Positions 56,720-64,000 of a DNA stretch of 64,000 bases are shown here, piece by piece (within the stretch, counting starts at the first letter, position 1; every line of letters begins with the position of its first letter). Origin of the DNA: Candidatus Izemoplasmatales bacterium (GTDB lineage: Bacteria; Bacillota_I; Bacilli_A; Izemoplasmatales; Hujiaoplasmataceae); the NCBI GenBank assembly GCA_050177605.1, contig JBFXGX010000002.1, forward strand, positions 1 through 64,000, in the 5' to 3' direction. The position numbers were made by a program, and so were the translations under genes. The notes beneath the pieces are model-generated. The model saw only the letters and a program-made list of their open reading frames with translations. It searched no databases and was not told where the DNA came from.

Positions 56720-59335
56720 ATGAAGTTTATGACAAAAAAAGCGCTAGTCCTCGTGCTAGGATTACTTGTATCTTTTTCCCTTGTAGGATGTAAAGATACC
56801 GCAACAACAACAACGACCACCGCTGCATTTACAGGTGCTACACCAGTGCTGACAAATCCAGATGAAGTATTTTACGATGGTGGATCGTACCTTATAACTT
56901 ATGGAGACGTTTATGAGGAATTTAAAATCAATGATGGTATTAACCGATTACTTTTCATGGTTGATAGTGTCCTTTTATCCGACTATATTGCAAGTGTAAC
57001 TGATGAACAAATCGCAGCGAAGATTTTGTATCTTACCTATGGAACAAATAATAGTGAAGAAATCGCTCTCTTAACGGATCAAGAAAAACAAGACTACCAA
57101 GATACATTCGCTGAAAACATGAATTTACTTGGATATGCTGATAATCAAGACGAGTATGTTCGCCTTGTTTGTGCAAAAGAAGCATATGCAGTAGAACAAA
57201 TGTATAATGAGGCTAATGCTTCAGAAGACTGGTATGCAGGACCAGAAGGGGTTGCTTCATACTACCAAGACACTTATTTCGAAGATTATTCAGCAATAAA
57301 AATTCGTTTTTATAATGAAACGGATGCCAAAAATGTCTTAAAAGCATTTAACTTAGTTAGTTATAATGGAACATTAAGATTATATACAGGTGTTACACCA
57401 ATCGATCAAGTTCCAAGTTCAAGCTTTAATGATACAAATACACAAGTTTTAACCAATGAAGAAATCTTAAGTTACTTTATTCAAATGTATAACTATGTTT
57501 ATTCATATAAAGCAGATTTAGCAACGGATGCAACGTTTGCGGAACTTGTAGCAAATACAGATTTGACTCAAAACTATGAAACATTAAATGGTAACTCAAC
57601 CGCTTTAGCAACTTATATGTTTTCAACGCTTGGAAGTTATGATACTTATACAGCTGGAACAAGTACTAAAATTTATTATACTTATACCCCTGTTAAATAT
57701 TATGGTGCCAGTGATACAGCATATTATATGATCCTCAATTTAGATCGTAGTACGAAAGCAGATGTTACAGATTTTAGTGGAGATGAAGCTGCTCTAGTGG
57801 CTTTAATTGGTCAATCTACGTACGATACAATTGAGTCTACAATTCAAGAAACCAATGTGACTACAACTGGCTATACTGCAAATCGTATTTCTGAATTACG
57901 TGCTGCCAATGATTTAGTCATCTACGATTATTATTTAGGCATCGATTATCAATCGATTGATGCATCCTATGTACTCAATGAAGAAGGCGATGATGCTATC
58001 GTTGCTTCCTTCGCAGACACAACAATTACGGCAGATCAATTATTTATCAGTGCAATGGCAACCAATGGTGGAATTTACGCATTATATGCCGCTCAAATGA
58101 TTGTAGCAATGGATCAATACTTCGCACAGGTTTATTGTGAAGAAGATCAAGTGAATTGTTCCTATAATTTAGATGAGAATACGAGTGCTAAACTTGCAGC
58201 GGATAAAGCTTCACTTGAAGAATTGCGTGCTAGTTTTGAAGCAAGTTATTATGTTTATTACTATACATTTGAAGAATATATGTATTTAGCATATGGCGCA
58301 AAAACTGAAACTGAAATGTTGTTAAAATATTATGTAAAATCAACATTACAACCTTATTTAGTTTATGATGAAATAAAGAAGAATGATTGGGAGTTATTAA
58401 CGGGTTATTTATATAATTTAATTCAAGATTATTATGATAATTATTTCAGCTTAAATGTTCAACACCTTCTCATTTATGTCGATCATAATGAAGATGGTAC
58501 CCAAGATAATTATGCAGATTTCGTTGCTGGACTTGATGACCAAGCTCAGTATGATCAATTGCTTTCTGATTTTGTCAGTGCAATACGTACTTATTTAGGG
58601 GCATCAACGACTAATACATTTGCGACGTTAATTGATACTTACAATAAAGCAAAAAGAACGGACCCAATTTGGGGACAATTTAAAAATTATGGCTTCTATT
58701 TAATGACTGAAAACTTGTCTTCGACAGCGTCTCTTACTTATTTAACAACAGTAGATACATACGAAACTCCTTTTGTTGAAGGATTAGTAGCGACTTACGA
58801 ACAATATAATGAAGCAGCAAATATCGATAAAGCTTCTATTTATTATGATAATACAGTTGAAACGAGTTATGGAGTTCATATCATCTATGCAACCAAAGGC
58901 TCTGATTTTGAAAGACCTACCGCTGCATTTACAATGACCTATGATACTGCTGGGGATCCAAATTATACAGTCGGTATTGAAAATGATTCTGATATGTTAA
59001 GCGTTGAACAATTAAAAATCTATGCAGAATATCGTTTCTATCAAATTATTTATGGAACTGACGCAACTGCAGAAGAAGATTATGGATTTACATTCCCACT
59101 TATCCCTACAAGCGTGATGGATGCGATTGATGCTTATTTCGCAGATTTATATGATTCAATGTATGTTGTTGGATTCTTAAATGTGATTGTTTCAAATAAG
59201 TTACAAGAAGGTACATTTGTCAATGACTATGCAAGCTATTGTTCTTATACTGATGCAGAGTTAAAAGCTAGAATCTCTGATATCGGAGATATCTACTTCA
59301 AACAATTATTTTCAGCTTACGATACAACAAAATAA
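56720..59335 (+). CDS. tandem PrsA/parvulin-like lipoprotein, paralog of 11999-15337
   Basis: lipobox LVGC, poly-Thr; collinear similarity (AIKIRF, YFSLNVQHLLIYVD.NEDG, ETSYGVHII). Confidence 0.6.
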   Translation: MKFMTKKALVLVLGLLVSFSLVGCKDTATTTTTTAAFTGATPVLTNPDEVFYDGGSYLITYGDVYEEFKINDGINRLLFMVDSVLLSDYIASVTDEQIAAKILYLTYGTNNSEEIALLTDQEKQDYQDTFAENMNLLGYADNQDEYVRLVCAKEAYAVEQMYNEANASEDWYAGPEGVASYYQDTYFEDYSAIKIRFYNETDAKNVLKAFNLVSYNGTLRLYTGVTPIDQVPSSSFNDTNTQVLTNEEILSYFIQMYNYVYSYKADLATDATFAELVANTDLTQNYETLNGNSTALATYMFSTLGSYDTYTAGTSTKIYYTYTPVKYYGASDTAYYMILNLDRSTKADVTDFSGDEAALVALIGQSTYDTIESTIQETNVTTTGYTANRISELRAANDLVIYDYYLGIDYQSIDASYVLNEEGDDAIVASFADTTITADQLFISAMATNGGIYALYAAQMIVAMDQYFAQVYCEEDQVNCSYNLDENTSAKLAADKASLEELRASFEASYYVYYYTFEEYMYLAYGAKTETEMLLKYYVKSTLQPYLVYDEIKKNDWELLTGYLYNLIQDYYDNYFSLNVQHLLIYVDHNEDGTQDNYADFVAGLDDQAQYDQLLSDFVSAIRTYLGASTTNTFATLIDTYNKAKRTDPIWGQFKNYGFYLMTENLSSTASLTYLTTVDTYETPFVEGLVATYEQYNEAANIDKASIYYDNTVETSYGVHIIYATKGSDFERPTAAFTMTYDTAGDPNYTVGIENDSDMLSVEQLKIYAEYRFYQIIYGTDATAEEDYGFTFPLIPTSVMDAIDAYFADLYDSMYVVGFLNVIVSNKLQEGTFVNDYASYCSYTDAELKARISDIGDIYFKQLFSAYDTTK

Positions 59336-59383
59336 ATAAATTGTGCGGGGAGAAATCCCCTCACTTTCATTTAGAGGTGCGAT

Positions 59384-60271
59384 ATGAATTCAGAATCAAA
59401 GATTATTGTCAGGACAACAATCAAAATTATGGTATTAAATGCTTTCCTTGCGGTGATTAAAATCTTCGCAGGTATTTTCGGAAAGTCGAGTGCCTTGATT
59501 TCTGACTCCGTGAACTCTATCTCAGACATTATGACAAACGTAGTTGTGATGGTGAGCGGAAAGTTTTCACATAAAGGAAGAGATGATGATCATCCCTATG
59601 GCCACGAAAAATATGATGCACTTGTTAGTGTCTTACTTGGTGTAGCTATTTTAATAACCGCATTTGAAATTGGCAAGAGAGCTGTTATTGTGCTCTATGA
59701 TTTTATCCGCTTTGGGACAAATATCGATGAGCCAAAAATCATTGCATTGGTGGTTGCCTTAGCAACGATTGGAATTAAAGAATTTATGTTTCACTTTACA
59801 AAGAGAGCTGCAAAAAAATCCCATTCCTCCTCACTCAATGCACAAGCTTATGATCATCGTAGCGATGAACTAGCAAGCTTTGGAGCATTTGTCGGTATTG
59901 GAGGGTCCATGCTCGGATATCATTTCTTAGAACCGATTGCGTCGCTTTTCATTACATTCTTTGTCGCTCGCGTTGGTTTTAATATCATCAAAGAAGGTAT
60001 TGCACAGGTTGTTGATCAAGCGGCTGATAGTGAAACAATTGAACAAATTAAGTCGATTATCTATTCTCATCAAGAAGTACTCAATATCGACGAGATGCGG
60101 ACAAGACAATTTGGGATGAAATTATACGTAGACTTGGAAATTCAAGTTGATCGAAATTTAACGCTATGTCAGGCACATGAGATTGCTGAGAAGATTCATG
60201 ATCACGTTGAAGAATCGTTTGATAATGTATTACATTGTATGATTCATGTGAACCCAAGTCATAAAATATAG
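59384..60271 (+). CDS. cation diffusion facilitator (FieF-like)
   Basis: SSALISD..NS.SD, HPYGH, HRSD, HVNP. Confidence 0.92.
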   Translation: MNSESKIIVRTTIKIMVLNAFLAVIKIFAGIFGKSSALISDSVNSISDIMTNVVVMVSGKFSHKGRDDDHPYGHEKYDALVSVLLGVAILITAFEIGKRAVIVLYDFIRFGTNIDEPKIIALVVALATIGIKEFMFHFTKRAAKKSHSSSLNAQAYDHRSDELASFGAFVGIGGSMLGYHFLEPIASLFITFFVARVGFNIIKEGIAQVVDQAADSETIEQIKSIIYSHQEVLNIDEMRTRQFGMKLYVDLEIQVDRNLTLCQAHEIAEKIHDHVEESFDNVLHCMIHVNPSHKI

Positions 60272-60354
60272 TGAAAATGATTGGTAATGTGTAAACAGTA
60301 ACACATTGCCAATTTTTTTTGCTTAAAAAAATGATGTTTTGGTGATTAAATCTA

Positions 60355-60401
60355 TTGAAATCGCTAACATGATTTGATATAATTAATGAGTAAACGGTTA
60401 C
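60355..60401 (+). promoter_or_regulatory. promoter with cre/LacI-type operators
   Basis: TTGAAA 60355-60360, 17 nt, TG-n-TATAAT 60378-60383; TGAAATCGCTAACA 60356-60369 fits TGWNANCGNTNWCA; GTAAACGGTTAC 60390-60401. Confidence 0.65.
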
Positions 60402-60425
60402 GGCCAAAAAAAATAGGAGGAAAAA

Positions 60426-63425
60426 ATGAAAAAGAAAGGGTTTATTTTTTTACTAGTTTTACTTTTTAGTTTCGGTCTTGTTTCTTGTACAGAAGATACA
60501 GCAGCAACTACTGCTGACACAAGTACAACGGAAACGACTACAACTACAACAAGTGAAACTACTCAATCAACAACAGCATTCTCAATCACAATTTCTGGAT
60601 TAACAGATGCTGGTTATGATGAAAAAATTTATACAGGCGAAGCATTTGATTTATTAGCAGGCGTATCTGCTATGGGATCTGATGGTGTCGACTACGTTGA
60701 TAACATCTTACTACAAAGTGATGATGCTGCATGTCAAATCGAAGATGGAAAATTAACTTCCAACTCCGCTAAAGTGTGTGTTATTACTTATACAGTTGTT
60801 GTTAACTCAAAAATCGCTAGAGATACTCGTAACGTTAAAATCTCTTCAGCTCCAGTAACAATTGATTTTACTGAAACTGACCGTTTTGACAATGATGTAT
60901 TATTTGGAACAGATTATGCAATCACAACTGATGACCCAGGCGTCAATAAATTCCATTATTGGCAAGCTGCAGCTACAGTACTTGGTGATACAGGTTCTGT
61001 TACAGTAGCAGATGGAAAACTTGTTATCGTTCAAGAATCTATGGGTGATGTAAACTATGCTCTTCAAGTTATCGCTTTAACTGAAGTTGCTTTAGAAGAA
61101 GGACGTACTTACAAAATTACGTTAACAATTACATCAACTACTGATCGTGTAATTGATATCGTTACAAAAGCTCCAAACAATGATTATGCAAATGATACTC
61201 ATAGTTTAATTGAAGTTTCAACTGGAACAGCGGACTACGAAATGGTATTCGTAGCGAACCAAGATACATTACACCTTAACATTATGACAGGTGCTGTTGA
61301 AGGTAACCTAAATGCTGGTACACTTGAATTTTCAAACTTCAAATTATGGGAAGGTCCAATCGTAATTGAATATACAGAAGTAGCTGATTTCTTCACAAAT
61401 ACAGAAGTAGCTGCTGATACAGCGATTGAATTCAATTCTAGTACAGATACTGACTATGTAAGAGAATTCTACTATTGGGATAATGCTAGTGGTGCTATGA
61501 TGAGTGGTACAACTACTGCTGATGGTGTTGATGTTACTCTTGTATCTGAAGGCTCAAATACATGGGAAAACCAATTACAATGGAACGACGTTAATAAAGC
61601 TGGAACTCCTTTAATTAAGGGTGGAGCTTATAAATTAACATTCGATGTAAACTCTACAGTTGTTAGAACAATTGAAGTAGCTATTACTGGTAGCGTCAAT
61701 GGCTTACCTAGTTCAGCTTCTCAAGTTGTTGAATTAGCAGTTGGAGATAACACAGTTACATTAGAATTTACTTCTTTATATGATTACTATTTCATGAAGA
61801 TAATGATGGGTAACTATGGCGATCTTGATGGCCTTGGAACTTTATCATTCACAAACTTCCAATTATTCGTTGATGTAAATGCTACACCAGCTGAAGAAGA
61901 AGAAGGCACAGTAGTTGACGGTGTTGACTACTGGACAGATGAATTCGTTACTGTTGAAAATGGAATCCAAAATGGTGATTTCTCTAAAGAAGGTATGGTT
62001 ATTGATGCTGATGGCACAGATGGATGGACATACTGGACTACAGTAGATCAAACATGGGCATCCGTTCAACTAGACGCTACATTCGCAATTACTGATGGAA
62101 AACTAGTAGCTACTACATTAGGAAGCGGTGGAGAAGTTTGGTATATTCAACTTTCTTATCGTCCTACAGAAGACTACAATGTAAATCCTGGTGCAACTTA
62201 CAGAGTTGAATTTGATGTTAATGCTTCTGTTGCAGGAACATTCTCTATGGAAATGACGACAACTGGTAACGTAGCAAATGTTGCTATCCCTGTTACTTTA
62301 GTTGAAGGTGATAACCATGTAGTTGTTGAATATGTTGCATACGAAGAAAACTTCAAATTAACAGCTTGTTTAGGTTTATATGGTGCTGCAGTGTTAACAT
62401 TTGATAACTTTACAATCGCAGAAGAACAAATCTTCGGTTACTTAGATCTTGAAGATGGAATCCAAAATGGCGATTTCTCTAAAGAAGGTATGGTTATTGA
62501 TGCAGATGCTACAGATGGATGGTCTTACTGGACTACAGTTGATCAATCATGGGCATCCGTTCAAATCGACGCTACATTCGCTATTACTGATGGCGCTGCA
62601 GTTGTTACTACATTAGGAACTGGTGGAGAAGTATGGTACATCCAATTCTCATATCGTCCAAGTGAAGATTACAATGTAAAACCTGGATATACTTATCAAG
62701 TAGAATTTGATGTTAACGCATCTGTTGCGGGAACATTCTCTATGGAAATGACGACTACTGGTAACGTAGCTAACGTAGCTATCCCTGTTACTTTAGTTGA
62801 AGGTGCAAACCACATCGTATTAAGTTATGTTGCTTACGAAGAAAACTTCAAATTAACAGCTAGCTTAGGATTATATGGATTAGCAACATTAACATTTGAT
62901 AACTTTACATTAACAGAAGTTTACCAATTCGATAATGGTGCAGACGTTACTATTCAAAATGGTGATTTTTCTAAAGAAGGTATGGTTATTGATGCAACTG
63001 GTACAGATGGTTGGACATACTGGACAACAGTAGATCAATCATGGGCATCAACTCAAATCGACGCTACATTCGCTATTACTGATGGTGCATTAGTTGTTAA
63101 TACACTTGGAAGTGGTGGAGAAGTTTGGTACATCCAATTATCTTATCGTCCAATTGAAGACTATGATGTAACTGCTGGTTACGTATACGTTGTAGAATTT
63201 GACGTAAATGCATCTGTTGCTGGAACATTCTCATTTGAAATGACGACAACTGGTAATGTTGCAAACGTTGCAGTTCCTGTTACTTTAGTAGAAGGCGCTA
63301 ACCATGTTACAGTTACATTTGTAGCATATGAAGCTAACTTAAAATTAACAGCTTGTTTAGGTCTTTATGGTGTTGCTACATTAACATTTGATAACTTCGT
63401 AATTAACGAATTCGTACCTCGCTAA
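60426..63425 (+). CDS. multi-CBM (CBM4/9-like) surface lipoprotein, no catalytic domain recognised
   Basis: lipobox LVSC, poly-Thr, Ig-like domain, then ~5 beta-sandwich modules (IQNGDFS..W..W..WYIQL..Y.VEF). Confidence 0.75.
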   Translation: MKKKGFIFLLVLLFSFGLVSCTEDTAATTADTSTTETTTTTTSETTQSTTAFSITISGLTDAGYDEKIYTGEAFDLLAGVSAMGSDGVDYVDNILLQSDDAACQIEDGKLTSNSAKVCVITYTVVVNSKIARDTRNVKISSAPVTIDFTETDRFDNDVLFGTDYAITTDDPGVNKFHYWQAAATVLGDTGSVTVADGKLVIVQESMGDVNYALQVIALTEVALEEGRTYKITLTITSTTDRVIDIVTKAPNNDYANDTHSLIEVSTGTADYEMVFVANQDTLHLNIMTGAVEGNLNAGTLEFSNFKLWEGPIVIEYTEVADFFTNTEVAADTAIEFNSSTDTDYVREFYYWDNASGAMMSGTTTADGVDVTLVSEGSNTWENQLQWNDVNKAGTPLIKGGAYKLTFDVNSTVVRTIEVAITGSVNGLPSSASQVVELAVGDNTVTLEFTSLYDYYFMKIMMGNYGDLDGLGTLSFTNFQLFVDVNATPAEEEEGTVVDGVDYWTDEFVTVENGIQNGDFSKEGMVIDADGTDGWTYWTTVDQTWASVQLDATFAITDGKLVATTLGSGGEVWYIQLSYRPTEDYNVNPGATYRVEFDVNASVAGTFSMEMTTTGNVANVAIPVTLVEGDNHVVVEYVAYEENFKLTACLGLYGAAVLTFDNFTIAEEQIFGYLDLEDGIQNGDFSKEGMVIDADATDGWSYWTTVDQSWASVQIDATFAITDGAAVVTTLGTGGEVWYIQFSYRPSEDYNVKPGYTYQVEFDVNASVAGTFSMEMTTTGNVANVAIPVTLVEGANHIVLSYVAYEENFKLTASLGLYGLATLTFDNFTLTEVYQFDNGADVTIQNGDFSKEGMVIDATGTDGWTYWTTVDQSWASTQIDATFAITDGALVVNTLGSGGEVWYIQLSYRPIEDYDVTAGYVYVVEFDVNASVAGTFSFEMTTTGNVANVAVPVTLVEGANHVTVTFVAYEANLKLTACLGLYGVATLTFDNFVINEFVPR
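61962..63400 (+). repeat. three tandem ~495-bp intragenic repeats (CBM modules)
   Basis: units begin near 61962, 62457 and 62949, with high DNA identity. Confidence 0.9.
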
Positions 63426-63454
63426 TACGGTAATATTCAAATAAAAAGACTTTC

Positions 63455-63490
63455 GGGACATGAAAAATCATGTCCCGTTTTCTTTTCTTT
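63455..63490 (+). terminator. intrinsic terminator
   Basis: CGGGACATGA/TCATGTCCCG plus T-rich tail. Confidence 0.85.
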
Positions 63491-63631
63491 TAGTGACTGA
63501 TGGCCACGCTATTATCGATAAAAAAAGATTACGATTTTCTTTATCTCTTTGCTTGATTCGGTAAGGCATTAATGTTATAATATTAATTCAAATAGTAAAG
63601 CGCTTACTAAAGCGCTAAAAGGTGTGATATT

Positions 63632-64000
63632 ATGTTTTTATCTGTTTTTACAAATTTTCTCGATACTGGACCTAATTTAGGAGAGATCATACTACGTATG
63701 ACTTTAACTGCATTCTTCGTTGGAATCATTGGAGTCGAACGACAAATGCGTCATAAAATCGCTGGCGTTACGACGCACTTAATGGTAGCTTTCGGTGCTT
63801 GTGGAATCGCTATCTTGCAAGATAGTTTATATTACCAAGCATTGAGTTTAGCAACTGATTTAGCAGCGCAAGGAGTGACAGTTAACTTAGAACGTCAAAG
63901 GGTGATTGCGCAAGTAGTCACTGGTGTTGGGTTCTTAGGCGCAGGTACAATTCTAAAAACATCCAATGGAATTTCTGGTCTTACAACAGCAGCGACGATT
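63632..64000 (+). CDS. MgtC/SapB family membrane protein (partial, runs off the window; absent from ORF track)
   Basis: manual translation: IGVERQ..HK.AGVTTH.MV..G..RVIAQVVTGVGFLGAGTI..GLTTAATI. Confidence 0.9.
   Translation, partial: MFLSVFTNFLDTGPNLGEIILRMTLTAFFVGIIGVERQMRHKIAGVTTHLMVAFGACGIAILQDSLYYQALSLATDLAAQGVTVNLERQRVIAQVVTGVGFLGAGTILKTSNGISGLTTAATI

Noticed and set aside
145..62069. Many 60-130 aa ORFs antisense to or nested in long genes
   Set aside because: They shadow well-supported CDSs and lack RBSs and motifs.
61962..63400. Repeats as CRISPR or mobile element
   Set aside because: In-frame ~495-bp coding domain repeats with no spacers or terminal repeats.

Overview
AT-rich, gene-dense bacterial DNA using genetic code 11 (TGA is used as a stop). 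Gene content (lipoproteins with poly-Thr tethers, PFOR, DegV, Firmicutes-type sigma-A promoters, no LPXTG anchors or sortase seen) suggests a Bacillota/Mollicutes-related anaerobe such as Izemoplasmatales; that assignment is inference. Housekeeping and metabolic genes (rpsP, khpA, DEAD helicase, cca, pulA, yhaM, PFOR) flank the main discovery candidate: two operons (15.5-27.8 kb and 40.8-49.0 kb), each with a perfect TTGACA-17-TATAAT promoter followed by a near-identical GEMM-I cyclic-dinucleotide riboswitch. Both riboswitches carry the A20 variant associated with 3',3'-cGAMP sensing and are arranged as ON antiterminators. Together the operons encode four proteins with SipW-type signal peptides (TasA/CalY-like fibre subunits), a related membrane-anchored protein, two SipW peptidases, a 2413-aa unanchored adhesin-like protein, an intact EAL phosphodiesterase, a degenerate GGDEF-EAL protein, and a membrane-tethered McrB-like AAA+ GTPase whose DUF2357 partner shows no nuclease motif. 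Between them sits a TetR-regulated 13-kb cassette resembling a 3-hydroxybutyrate/PHB-oligomer scavenging pathway. Two giant tandem-PrsA-like paralogs and a CBM-repeat lipoprotein are also present. I saw no tRNA, rRNA, CRISPR array or transposase. All family calls come from motif recognition by eye, not database searches.
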